A stretch of 54,177 bases of DNA from Methylotenera sp. 24-45-7. GTDB lineage: Bacteria; Pseudomonadota; Gammaproteobacteria; Burkholderiales; Methylophilaceae. The notes under the pieces were generated by a model, which worked only from the letters and a program-made list of their open reading frames with translations, searched no databases and was not told where the DNA came from. The DNA lies in assembly GCA_002281815.1 (NCBI GenBank), contig NCHI01000001.1, positions 1 to 54,177 of the forward strand, given 5' to 3'. Each line of letters starts with the position of its first letter. The stretch's first letter is position 1. The position numbers and the translations under genes were made by a program. Below are positions 19,972 to 31,816 of the stretch, in pieces.

Positions 19972-22900
19972 TTAAAACTTAAATAGTTTTTTCAGTTCTC
20001 CAGCCGCTTTTTCTTTGGCGGCTTCTTCCGGTGTTTTAGGGGCTGGCGCTGGCGCTGCTTCGGTGCCGCTCGCTGGTGCTGCATCCGTTGTTGCTGGTGC
20101 TGCTGCTGGTTTTTTGCCTAACAAGCCTTTCAGTGCATCTACTTTGTTGTCGCCATCTAATAGCTCTTTTACCGCTGCGCCTTTTTCACCACCCACTTTA
20201 TCCAGCAACTGAGATTTAGCGGCGGCTGTGCCAATCGCGGCAAAGTCCATGCCGAACTTAGGTGCAGCAAATGTGCCGGTAATTTTCACTGGAATACTCA
20301 AGCCAGCCAGTGAATCTAGTTCAGCACCACCTTGGCCTTTGAGGGATTTTACGATGGTGGGTTTGGCCAAGTAGTTGATGGTTTCGTTACCGATGTCGAT
20401 ATCACCACGGCTGTCACCTTTTGCCAAACGCAAAATGGGCGCTTTCATGGTTAAATCTTCGTTGTGCGCCACACCGTTTTTAATGTCAAAACTAGCGCTC
20501 AATTCGCTAAAGTCGGTTTTTTGCTTGTCATCCGCGCTTACGCTAGTTTGGTTTTTTAGCACATTCAGTTTAGATTTAATGTCGCGTACCGTACCAGCAA
20601 TATCAATGCCTTTGACTGCACCATCAGCCAAGTTCACCGCGGCTTTACCAGCCAGTGCTTTTTTCAGCGCATTGACAGAGTTGCCTGATGTGGTGACGTC
20701 TACATTCAGTGTGCCTTTGCCTTCTAGCATATCGTTGTTAATCGCATCCACCAGCAGCGGGCCAATAGCAATATTTTTCATGTCCTGCTTGAAGCTGATG
20801 CTGGGCGTGCCGCGCGCATCAACTTTTAGCATGCCGTTCATGCTGCCTTGATATAAGTTAGCCGCAAATGGAGAAATTGTTGCAACACCATCGGCAGCCT
20901 TTAAGCCGATGTTAACGTTTTGGGTTTTGACATTGGCAAGCTTGAGCCAGCCGATTTTGGCTTCGCCGCTTGCGTTAAGCTTTTTTAATGCGCTCAAATC
21001 AATCGGGGTATCAGCGCTGCTTTTGCTGGCGGTAGGCTGGTCGCTTTTGACGATGTATTTATCAGCATCCAATTTATCGATATTCAGGTTAAAGCTGAAT
21101 ATCGGGTTTTGAAAACGGCTAATACCGATGTTGGCATTCACTTGGCTATCATCCACTTTTGCCGCCAGTGGGTTTAAGCTGAGTTTCTGACCATCTGCTT
21201 TTAAATCAATACGAATATTAGAGGCTTTGGTTTTACCGTATTTCAGATTACCTATGCGTAAGCTGCCGTTTGCGTTGAGTGCTTTAAGCGCGCTTAAATC
21301 CAGCGGTTTGTCGCTGGCTTTTGCCGGCTCTGTGCTGGCAGCGGCACCATCTTGCTTCACATATTTATCTACATCCAGCTGGTCAATATCAATGTCAAAT
21401 GTATACAGCGGGTTGGCAAATTGACTGATGCCTAGATTACCTTTAATCGTGCTGTCGTCTAGTTTTACATTTAGGCCATTAAGCAAAAGTTTTTCACCAT
21501 CGGCTTTTACGTGAATGTTCAGGCCAGTTAAACGATATGGATCATAGATAATCTTGGCGATATTAATTTTGCCATCTAGCAGAACATTTTTAAGCGCTGA
21601 TAAATCTGCTGGCTTACTATCGGCTGCTTTGGCAGACTCAGCCTTTTTAGCTTTACTGCTGCCTAAAAGTTTATTCAAATCCAGCGTGTCGGCATTAATG
21701 TTGAACTTAACATCAGGTGTTTTGAAGCTGTTTACAGCTACGTCACCATTGAGCTTGGTGTTGTCTACATTGAGGTTAAATTTACTATTAATGCGCTCTT
21801 GTTTCACATCGGTCAGCAGGCTTAAACCAAAATCTACTTTGGCAGCGCCATTTGGAATAGCCGGGTCTTTAATGTCGATTTGACCTGCCAGTTTGGGCAA
21901 GTCAAAAATCAGGTCTTCTAAGTTACCTGCAAATGGTGAAGAGAATTTACCGTTAATCGAACGCGCACCTTGCGTGCCAGAAATGTCACCTGAAATGCCG
22001 CTGCTCTGTAAAGATTTAGGTGAACCTTTGATATCCGCTAACACCAAGTTCGCTTTCATAGTGTCACCTGCTTTGTCTTGCACTAAACTCACGCTGACTT
22101 TTTTGCCGGTGACTTCATCTTTCTTGGCAATCAGTTGTGGCGCGTCTAGCTTGATATCTACTTTGGCACCGTTAAATACACCAGCCATGGCCAGTTTTAA
22201 ACTATCAACCAAAAATTCACGGGTTTCAGGTTTGGCATCAATGTCGCCACTGGCACTAATACTCACCTCTTTGCCACCTAACAAATCACCATTGATGGCA
22301 GCGTCTAAATCTTTAGCGGCAAAGTGTTTATTTTCCGGGTCAGCCAAAAAGCTGCCTTTTACTTTCACCGCGGCGGCAACAGCGGGTTGGTTAGCGGTAA
22401 CGCTAAAATCTGTGGCTAAATCAATCGGTTCAGCCAATGCCACGTGGCCAGTGGTTAAATTGAATTTTGATAGTGCATATTTGGCACCCGTGCCTTCGTC
22501 GCTGTATGTCACGGCCGAGTCGGTGACTTTAACGCCATCGACGTCAAATTTAATCTCTTGCGACTCTTCTTCGTCTTTGCTGAGTAAGTCGTCAAAGTTG
22601 GTAGTGCCGTCTTTATATTTCACGATGTTGGCTTTAGCGCCATCAATATAAATGGTGTCTACTACCAATTCTTTTTTCAGTAATGGCAATAGAGCTAAAG
22701 CCACTTGCGCACCTTGAATAGAAGCAAATTCTTTATCAGACTTGTGTTCTGAAATAGACAGTTTGCCTAAATTGGCGCCTATTTTTGGCCAAAACGCGAG
22801 TTTAATATCCCCTTCAAGCGTAAGTGTGCGTTCTTTTTTCTCTTTCACTAGCTTGATAATGAGCGGTTTGTAATCGTTGGGGTTAAATGTAGCGGAGATA

Positions 22901-22974
22901 ATCGCCACTAGCAAAATTAACAGGGCAACCAAGCCGCCCACACCATATAAACTGTATTTCAGTAGTTTTTTCAT
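19972..22974 (-). CDS. asmA: AsmA family protein (1000 aa, internal triplication)
   Basis: N-terminal TM anchor with FNPNDYK, G.TNFDDL motif, and AsmA C-terminal T.F.ELSASF.I.NGV and P.KITGT motifs. Confidence 0.88.
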   Translation of the reverse strand: MKKLLKYSLYGVGGLVALLILLVAIISATFNPNDYKPLIIKLVKEKKERTLTLEGDIKLAFWPKIGANLGKLSISEHKSDKEFASIQGAQVALALLPLLKKELVVDTIYIDGAKANIVKYKDGTTNFDDLLSKDEEESQEIKFDVDGVKVTDSAVTYSDEGTGAKYALSKFNLTTGHVALAEPIDLATDFSVTANQPAVAAAVKVKGSFLADPENKHFAAKDLDAAINGDLLGGKEVSISASGDIDAKPETREFLVDSLKLAMAGVFNGAKVDIKLDAPQLIAKKDEVTGKKVSVSLVQDKAGDTMKANLVLADIKGSPKSLQSSGISGDISGTQGARSINGKFSSPFAGNLEDLIFDLPKLAGQIDIKDPAIPNGAAKVDFGLSLLTDVKQERINSKFNLNVDNTKLNGDVAVNSFKTPDVKFNINADTLDLNKLLGSSKAKKAESAKAADSKPADLSALKNVLLDGKINIAKIIYDPYRLTGLNIHVKADGEKLLLNGLNVKLDDSTIKGNLGISQFANPLYTFDIDIDQLDVDKYVKQDGAAASTEPAKASDKPLDLSALKALNANGSLRIGNLKYGKTKASNIRIDLKADGQKLSLNPLAAKVDDSQVNANIGISRFQNPIFSFNLNIDKLDADKYIVKSDQPTASKSSADTPIDLSALKKLNASGEAKIGWLKLANVKTQNVNIGLKAADGVATISPFAANLYQGSMNGMLKVDARGTPSISFKQDMKNIAIGPLLVDAINNDMLEGKGTLNVDVTTSGNSVNALKKALAGKAAVNLADGAVKGIDIAGTVRDIKSKLNVLKNQTSVSADDKQKTDFSELSASFDIKNGVAHNEDLTMKAPILRLAKGDSRGDIDIGNETINYLAKPTIVKSLKGQGGAELDSLAGLSIPVKITGTFAAPKFGMDFAAIGTAAAKSQLLDKVGGEKGAAVKELLDGDNKVDALKGLLGKKPAAAPATTDAAPASGTEAAPAPAPKTPEEAAKEKAAGELKKLFKF

Positions 22975-23061
22975 GACTTGTTTTTACCAAAAAAAGTGAT
23001 TCGTTAACAGTAGGTTAAATGCTGCTGCTGTTTTTTACAATAAGGAACAGTACCTAAGGCT

Positions 23062-23859
23062 TTATTGAAAGTACCAAATGACGATTAAGCCTAAGGCAAT
23101 ACGATACCAAGCAAATATTTTAAAACTATGACTTGCGACAAAACGCAGTAAAAATTTAATCGCGATGAGTGCCGAAACGAACGCGGTGACAAAACCCACT
23201 GCAAACATGGGTAAATCGTGCACAGAGAGTAATTGCCAGTTTTTGAGCAGGTCGTAGCCAGTGGCCGCGAACATAATTGGGATTGCCAAAAAGAAAGAAA
23301 ATTCAGTTGCAGTGTGGCGATTTAAGCCAAACAGCATGCCACCAAGAATAGTAGCGCCAGAACGCGACACGCCTGGAATCAAGGCGATGGCTTGCGCAAA
23401 ACCAATTTGCCAAGCTTGCTTTTGCGTCATGGCATCTACTGAAACGGTTTTGCCTTTAAGCGGCATTTTTTCAATCAGCAAAATGGCAATACCACCGAGT
23501 ATTAGCGCAATTGCCACAGTAATCGGCGTAAATAAATATTCTTTAATTTTGTCGTGAAACGCCAAGCCAATTAACGCGGCTGGTAAAAAAGCAATGATGA
23601 GATTAAGTGCAAAATTCTGCGCTTTGCTTTGGTGGCTAATGTGCAGCACTGTGTCAGCTAGCTTGCGTCTGTACTCCCAGCACACGGCCAAAATAGCCGC
23701 AAGCTGAATCACGATATCAAATACTTTGGCCTTTGCGTCGTTAAAGTTAAGTAAGTCGCCGGTGATAATCAGGTGGCCAGTACTGCTGATAGGCAGAAAT
23801 TCGGTAGCGCCTTCTACTAAGCCCTGAATAAAGGCCTTGAGTAATAGAATTAAATCCAT
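23062..23859 (-). CDS. uppP: Undecaprenyl-diphosphate phosphatase
   Basis: QGLVEGATEFLPISSTGH, PGVSRSGATI and FAWYR. Confidence 0.97.
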   Translation of the reverse strand: MDLILLLKAFIQGLVEGATEFLPISSTGHLIITGDLLNFNDAKAKVFDIVIQLAAILAVCWEYRRKLADTVLHISHQSKAQNFALNLIIAFLPAALIGLAFHDKIKEYLFTPITVAIALILGGIAILLIEKMPLKGKTVSVDAMTQKQAWQIGFAQAIALIPGVSRSGATILGGMLFGLNRHTATEFSFFLAIPIMFAATGYDLLKNWQLLSVHDLPMFAVGFVTAFVSALIAIKFLLRFVASHSFKIFAWYRIALGLIVIWYFQ

Positions 23860-23896
23860 GTGGGGTGTGTGCTTTGATGAATGATTGAATTTAAGC

Positions 23897-24286
23897 TTAT
23901 TTGATCATGCCCATCAGGGTTGCCAATAAGTTATTAGAATCGCGATTTACCACGCCGTCAGGGGTCATTCTATCAACGACCTGTGGCAGATATTCTGCAA
24001 TTTTTGCGCTAATATCTTGTGGATTCAGCCCCAGTTTAGCTGCAGCGGCTTGAATCGTGCCGCTACCTAAAACCTGCGCAATTTGCTCTGGGCTGATTTG
24101 CAAATTAGCACCTTTGCCCACCCATGACGCAACTTCATTGCTAAAACCAGCCGCTTTGAATTTTTCTAACACACCAGGCAGGCCGCCGTTTTGGTTAAAT
24201 AAGTCGATGGCCACTTGCGCAATTGCGCCTTTTTCACCGCCCAGTTTTCCTAGCATGCTGCTAGCTAAGCTATCAAACAATCCCAT
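23897..24286 (-). CDS. YidB/DUF937 family protein
   Basis: MGLFD, GGL, SWVG.G.N and LPQVVDRMTPDG. Confidence 0.88.
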   Translation of the reverse strand: MGLFDSLASSMLGKLGGEKGAIAQVAIDLFNQNGGLPGVLEKFKAAGFSNEVASWVGKGANLQISPEQIAQVLGSGTIQAAAAKLGLNPQDISAKIAEYLPQVVDRMTPDGVVNRDSNNLLATLMGMIK

Positions 24287-24307
24287 ATCAATCCTTAATT
24301 TATGCGC

Positions 24308-25528
24308 CTAAAAACGTTCTTCAGGGCGCAAGTAACGCCATTGACCTGCCGGTAATTTACCCAAATTAACGCTGCCGATACGAATACGTTTTAAGCCCAC
24401 TACTTGCAGGCCAACCATTTCACACATGCGGCGAATTTGGCGTTTTTTACCTTCGCGCAACACAAAGCGTAACTGGTCTTCATTTTGCCAGCTGACTTTC
24501 GCTGGTTTGAGTTTTTCGCCATCCAAGCTCAAACCGAAATTAAGCAATTTCATGCCTGCATCTGTCAGTTCACCAGTGACGCGCACCAGATATTCTTTTT
24601 CAACAGTAGAGTCTTCACCGATTAAATGACGTGCCACACGGCCATCTTGAGTGAGCACTAACATACCGGTAGAGTCAATATCCAAGCGACCGGCAGGTGC
24701 TAAGCCGCGCAACATGCCGCGGTGGAATTGCTTAGGATTATGTTTGTGCAGCTCCGGGTCTTCTGGCCATTGGTTGTCCGGGTGCACTAATACTACAGCA
24801 GGTTCATAGCCGTCTTCTGCCTGCCCGCTCACATAGCCCACCGGCTTATGCAGAATAATGGTGACATTTTCTGCTTGGTGTTCTTGCGCGTAGCTGCTAA
24901 TGATAATTTCCGCATTTGGGTCTATGCGCGTACCCAAGGTTTCGATGATTTCACCGTTGACTTTCACCCAACCGTTTTCGATCCACTCGTCTGCTTCACG
25001 GCGTGAACAAATGCCGCGCTCGGCCATCACTTTTGATAAACGTGGTTGTTCAGGCTGACTTGGGTTAGCTCTACCTGCAAACGCTTCTTTATTCGAACGG
25101 TTTTTGTCAAACTCGCTGGCGACAAAACCATCGCGCGCCTTACCACCACGGCGTGGCGGATTGCGGTAAGCGCCTTCACGGTCGGCTTTATCGCGGCTAG
25201 TGGTGTCATTTCTGCGTGCATCTACACTCACGTTGCGCTCTGCCGGTGCGCGGCTATCTGGTGCTAATGGTCTGGCAGGTTTGTTTTCATAAGGCGTGCC
25301 ATCATGCCTATGGTTGCGCTGACGTGCTGGTTCCGGCCTTGCCTCTCGCGCTTCAGGCGCACTATGTTCACGCACACGCGGATCACGATTCTCAGTAGCT
25401 TGTGGTCGCTGAGGTTTCACTGGCGCAGTTGTACGGTCACGTGGCAGTGAGTTATTACGGCGCACCGGTTTTTTTGCCGTGCCAGCAGAGGTATCGCTGG
25501 GGGTTTTGTTGAGCTTGAGTGTGGTCAA
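24308..25528 (-). CDS. rRNA pseudouridine synthase, RluF/RsuA family, with long disordered N-terminus
   Basis: S4 domain (RLSK...CSRREAD), catalytic GRLD, EGKKRQIRRM. TTG start is uncertain. Confidence 0.9.
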   Translation of the reverse strand: MTTLKLNKTPSDTSAGTAKKPVRRNNSLPRDRTTAPVKPQRPQATENRDPRVREHSAPEAREARPEPARQRNHRHDGTPYENKPARPLAPDSRAPAERNVSVDARRNDTTSRDKADREGAYRNPPRRGGKARDGFVASEFDKNRSNKEAFAGRANPSQPEQPRLSKVMAERGICSRREADEWIENGWVKVNGEIIETLGTRIDPNAEIIISSYAQEHQAENVTIILHKPVGYVSGQAEDGYEPAVVLVHPDNQWPEDPELHKHNPKQFHRGMLRGLAPAGRLDIDSTGMLVLTQDGRVARHLIGEDSTVEKEYLVRVTGELTDAGMKLLNFGLSLDGEKLKPAKVSWQNEDQLRFVLREGKKRQIRRMCEMVGLQVVGLKRIRIGSVNLGKLPAGQWRYLRPEERF

Positions 25529-25834
25529 AATATGGCTTACTTGTTTTGTATAATTAAATCATTTTAACAAAATAAACACACAAACTTTAAAGTATCTACT
25601 ACCAAGAACTGTTTTGCTTATAAATGATAATAAGTAATGCAGTGAGCTTAGTTGTAAACATTCGTTCCTGTTAAGTTTTATATAAAAATAGAATCATGAG
25701 ATAATTTGTTAAAAGTTGAATCAAACACGAATCTACCAATGTAATTTTCAGCATTACTTCAAATTTTTCAAAAGTCCTGCATCGTTGCCTATGTAGGCAT
25801 ACTCATTTGTAAACAAATTTATTGAAATAAAGCA

Positions 25835-27382
25835 TTGTTCACACCATTGAATAATGCGGTTATCTATTGTTATCGGAGCCCCCTTTTGATCTTATCTAAC
25901 ATCCGGCATTACAGCCCACAAGAAATTAAAACAAATCTACTCAGCGGCTTAACAGTTGCGCTGGCGATGGTGCCAGAAGCCATTGCATTTGCTTTAATCG
26001 CCCATGTTTCACCGCTTACTGGCTTATATGCTGCATTTATCGTGGCCTTGATTACTTCGGCTTTTGGTGGCCGCCCAGGCATGATTTCCGGTGCTGCCGG
26101 TGCATTAGCTGTGGTGATGGTGGCTTTAGTGGTGCAGCATGGCGTTGAATATTTATTTGCTACCGTTGTGCTGATGGGTCTACTACAAATATTATTTGCA
26201 GTTGCAAAACTTGGTAAATTTATTCGCATGGTGCCCCATCCTGTCATGCTGGGGTTTGTGAACGGTTTGGCGATTGTAATTTTTCTGGCGCAGTTTGGAC
26301 ATTTCAAAACAGTGGCTGCTGATGGCACTACTACTTGGATGAGCGGCAATGCGCTCTATCTCATGATGGCGCTAATCGCAGTGACCATTGCGATTATTTA
26401 CCTACTACCAAAATTAACTAAGGCTATTCCATCTACGCTTGCAGCCATTGCAGCCGTGTCTTTTGGCGTTGGATTTTTTAATATTGATACAAAAACGGTA
26501 GGCGATTTAGGTTCAATAGCGGGTGGTTTACCAAGCTTTCATCTGCCAAATGTACCTTTTAATTTTGAAACCTTAAAAATTGTATTTCCATACGCATTGA
26601 TACTTGCGGCAATTGGTTTAATTGAAACCTTGCTCACGTTAAATTTGATAGATGACATGACAGACACCCGCGGTAAGCCCAATCGTGAATCGATGGCACA
26701 AGGGGCTGCTAACGTTGTCACAGGGTTTTTTGGCGGCATGGGTGGCTGTGCCATGATCGGCCAAAGCATGATTAACGTGAATAATGGCGCGCTGAAAAGA
26801 TTATCTGGCATAGCCACGGCTTTGTTTCTGATCTCATTTATTTTGTTTGCATCCAAATGGATTGAAATGATTCCTTTGGCTGCACTGATTGGCGTGATGT
26901 TTGTGGTGGCTGAAAAAACTTTTGAATGGGGAAGTTTCAGGTTATTTGGCAAAGTGCCCAAGCAAGATGTGTTTGTAGGGTTATTAGTTGGTGGCGTGAC
27001 AGTAATTGCAGATTTAGCGATTGCGGTGATTTTAGGAGTGATTGTTTCCGCGTTGGTATTTGCATGGGAGCACGCTAAACAGATTAGTGCAAATAGCCAT
27101 GTGGACGACAACGGCTGGAAAATATACGAGCTAAAAGGCTCATTGTTTTTTGCCTCTATCGCAGCTTTTCAAAATATATTCAATCCAAGTAATGACCCTG
27201 ATGATGTGGTGATTGATTTTAAAAACGCAAAAGTGGTCGATCATTCTGCATTGGCAGCGATTGATGGATTGGCGGTGAGATATCAAACAGCAGGTAAAAA
27301 GCTACATTTAAAGCATTTAAGCGCGGACTGTTTAGAGCTGTTAGATAACGCTAAAGGCATGATAGAAGTGAATGTCATTTAA
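25835..27382 (+). CDS. SulP/SLC26 anion transporter with STAS domain (start probably TTG 25886)
   Basis: VPEAIAF, GGRPGMISG, GGMGGCAMIGQS and C-terminal STAS (LFFAS, D.SAL). Confidence 0.92.
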   Translation: MFTPLNNAVIYCYRSPLLILSNIRHYSPQEIKTNLLSGLTVALAMVPEAIAFALIAHVSPLTGLYAAFIVALITSAFGGRPGMISGAAGALAVVMVALVVQHGVEYLFATVVLMGLLQILFAVAKLGKFIRMVPHPVMLGFVNGLAIVIFLAQFGHFKTVAADGTTTWMSGNALYLMMALIAVTIAIIYLLPKLTKAIPSTLAAIAAVSFGVGFFNIDTKTVGDLGSIAGGLPSFHLPNVPFNFETLKIVFPYALILAAIGLIETLLTLNLIDDMTDTRGKPNRESMAQGAANVVTGFFGGMGGCAMIGQSMINVNNGALKRLSGIATALFLISFILFASKWIEMIPLAALIGVMFVVAEKTFEWGSFRLFGKVPKQDVFVGLLVGGVTVIADLAIAVILGVIVSALVFAWEHAKQISANSHVDDNGWKIYELKGSLFFASIAAFQNIFNPSNDPDDVVIDFKNAKVVDHSALAAIDGLAVRYQTAGKKLHLKHLSADCLELLDNAKGMIEVNVI

Positions 27383-27502
27383 GCAATAGATTGTCTTACA
27401 AAAGTAATTAAACCTTTTAATAAACCTAAGAACCTTTTTTCACAAATTTGATAGTTTTTTAATATCTGATTTTCTAGAGAGCTTTTGCTTTCTGATGTCT
27501 GG

Positions 27503-28651
27503 TTATATGTTTTTCCAGCTTGTCACTTTGTAATTTTCCCGTTCATAGTTTTCATTACCGCCGTAAATGATGACGGGACTTAGCGCTTTTTCACCAGCTA
27601 AGCGACACCATTTATTAATGGCAATTGGCCAGTCTGGTGCAAATGTGCTGCCTGATTTGATTTCGATTGCTTGCAAGCCTTGTGCGGTTTCGTAAACAAT
27701 ATCTACTTCGTGGCCGACATTATCACGCCAAAAATACAGGTTATTAGCTTGTCCTTGGTTGTAGCGTTGTTTTACCAGTTCGCTAACAATATAAGTTTCA
27801 AATATGGCGCCACGCATGGCGTGTGTTTCTAGGCTTTGGGGCTCTGTGATGCCAAGTAGCCAAGTCATTAATCCAACATCTAAAAAATAAAGTTTGGGTG
27901 TTTTAACAAGTCGTTTTCCGAAGTTTTCATGATAAGGCATGATGCGTGTCACAAGGTAGCAGGCTTCGAGTACTGTAAGCCATTCGCGTGCCGTAACGGC
28001 TGATATGCCACAATCTGCACCCAGTGAAGCTAGGTTTAGTAACTGCCCTGACCTTGCCGCACACATTTTTACAAAACGTTGAAACTGTACTAGGTCACGT
28101 ACCGCTATAAGTTGTCTGACATCACGTTCTAAATAGGTCGCAACGTAATTTGTATACCAATCATTTGTGCTAATTTCGCGGTCATAAATTGCTGGATAAC
28201 TCCCCTGAAATAGCATTTCAGCTAAAGAGTTAGGAAGTTTGTTGGCTTGTATGAGTTCACTCTCTGAGAGTGGCAGCAATTCTATGCGCCCAACGCGACC
28301 TGCTAATGATTGCGTAATGCTGGAAACAAGTTCTAGTTGGGCAGAGCCAGTAAGGATAAAGTCACCCATCATCTTGCGTTCATCTACTACTTGTTGCATA
28401 TAAGATAGTAACGTTGGACTGCGCTGAACTTCATCTAGAATTGCACCATTTTTGAATCGTTGTAAGAACCGTTTGGGGTCTTGTCGCGCAAACTCTCGCT
28501 CATCCGGATTTTATAATGAAACATATTCCTTAGTTGCAAATACCGATCTTGATAAGGTTGTTTTGCCTGACTGTCGAGGCCCTGTAATGGCAACAACAGG
28601 GAAGCTTTTCGCTAGTCTTAATAGCGTGTCGGTGGCTTGACGAGTTATCAT
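27503..28651 (-). pseudogene. AAA+ ATPase (AAA_14 + DUF4143 type) with an in-frame TAA at codon 47
   Basis: ATG 28651 reads MITRQATDTLLRLAKSFPVVAITGPRQSGKTTLSRSVFATKEYVSL*NPDEREF...ILDEVQR in frame with the 27503-28399 ORF. Stop at 28513-28511. C-terminal EVD...IEIK is nuclease-like. Confidence 0.88.
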
Positions 28652-28687
28652 TTTACAAATCTAAGTTTTAAGTTTCGATTTGTAAAA
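28651..28687. promoter_or_regulatory. 11-bp inverted repeat abutting the ATPase start codon (putative operator)
   Basis: TTTTACAAATC (28651-28661)-N15-GATTTGTAAAA (28677-28687), a perfect match. Confidence 0.5.
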
Positions 28688-28736
28688 ATAGAGTGATTCT
28701 TAATATAAATCAATTGCTTATTTTTCAGTAGATAAT

Positions 28737-28764
28737 AAAAAAGCCAGCATACATGCTGGCTTTT
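28737..28764 (-). terminator. Rho-independent terminator of thiC
   Basis: AAAAAAGCCAGCAT-AC-ATGCTGGCTTTT, giving a U-tract on the minus strand. Confidence 0.8.
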
Positions 28765-28801
28765 AGCTGTACTCCCAAGTATCTGGGAATGGTAGTTAGG
28801 A

Positions 28802-30857
<2,056 letters not shown>

Positions 30858-30987
30858 TTTGGAATATACGCTAAAACGATTATAAAACCAAGTGCTTATC
30901 TGATTTTACAGGGTTGAAAATTGCTAATTATGGCCAAATTTTGTGTGTATCAGCACAGGCCTTGATGCAGGCCTTGATGCTAGCAAG

Positions 30988-31803
30988 CTAAGATATTGAT
31001 TTTGATTTTCTGACAGCAAATTCTCTAGCCAGGTTGGCTTGTTTTTTTAAGCCAAAGTTAACTAGTTTTGGTGCCACACCGTTTAGCCAAGCAAAAAACG
31101 ACTCTGGTTGGCCGATAAACACTTCTTGTTTTTCAGCTTCTAGCGCACTGACCACAATAGCGGCAACTTTGTCTGGTTCGTCTAAATTGCCGCCAGTTTT
31201 GGCCAGCATGGCCAATGTGTTGGCATCATTCATCGGCGTATTGACGGTGCGTGGTGCAACATAAGTGACCCCAATACGCGTATCTATCAACTCGCGGCGC
31301 AAGGCCTGTGAGAAACCATGAACGGCAAATTTGCTGGCGCAATAAGTTGCGTAATAGGGGAATCCTAAAGAGCCCAAAATAGAACCCACCATCACATAGT
31401 GCCCCTGATTAGCCGCTTTAAATTGCGGCAAGGCCGCCTGCGTGAGTTGAATCAGTGCCGTGACATTGGTTTGTATGGTTTGCTCAATCTGTTGCGGCGT
31501 TTGGTCTTCGAGCCGGATAAAGTCTAGTATGCCGGCGTTGTTAATTAATACATCAATGCTACCCAGCTTTTTGTTGGTTTCTGCAATGACTTGTTGCGCG
31601 ATATTCGGCTGCGAAAAGTCTGCTACTACAACCACTGCATTCCCGCCCTTGCTGATGATTTCGTCGGCCAATGCCTGAAGCTTGTTTGCATCACGACCCG
31701 CCAGTGCCAAATTGGCACCTTTGCGTGCCAGCATCAAAGCCAAGTGTTTGCCTATGCCGCCAGTAGCGCCAGTGAGTAAAATATGTTTGTTTTTGAGCTG
31801 CAT
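30988..31803 (-). CDS. Short-chain dehydrogenase/reductase
   Basis: TGATGGIG, NNAG, catalytic S and YCASK. Confidence 0.92.
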   Translation of the reverse strand: MQLKNKHILLTGATGGIGKHLALMLARKGANLALAGRDANKLQALADEIISKGGNAVVVVADFSQPNIAQQVIAETNKKLGSIDVLINNAGILDFIRLEDQTPQQIEQTIQTNVTALIQLTQAALPQFKAANQGHYVMVGSILGSLGFPYYATYCASKFAVHGFSQALRRELIDTRIGVTYVAPRTVNTPMNDANTLAMLAKTGGNLDEPDKVAAIVVSALEAEKQEVFIGQPESFFAWLNGVAPKLVNFGLKKQANLAREFAVRKSKSIS

Positions 31804-31816
31804 AAAAACCTATCTT

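Noticed and set aside
20015-22651. Series of plus-strand ORFs up to 252 aa opposite asmA, and similar antisense ORFs in gltB, sulP, amt and nrdJ
   Set aside because: They are antisense-frame shadows of well-supported genes, with no motifs or RBS.
25040-25528. Arg/Pro-rich N-terminal extension of the pseudouridine synthase as a separate gene or domain
   Set aside because: It is in frame with the S4 and catalytic domains, and low-complexity extensions are common in this family.
28452-28640. 62-aa plus-strand ORF
   Set aside because: It is the antisense shadow of the ATPase pseudogene 5' part, which carries the real Walker A motif.
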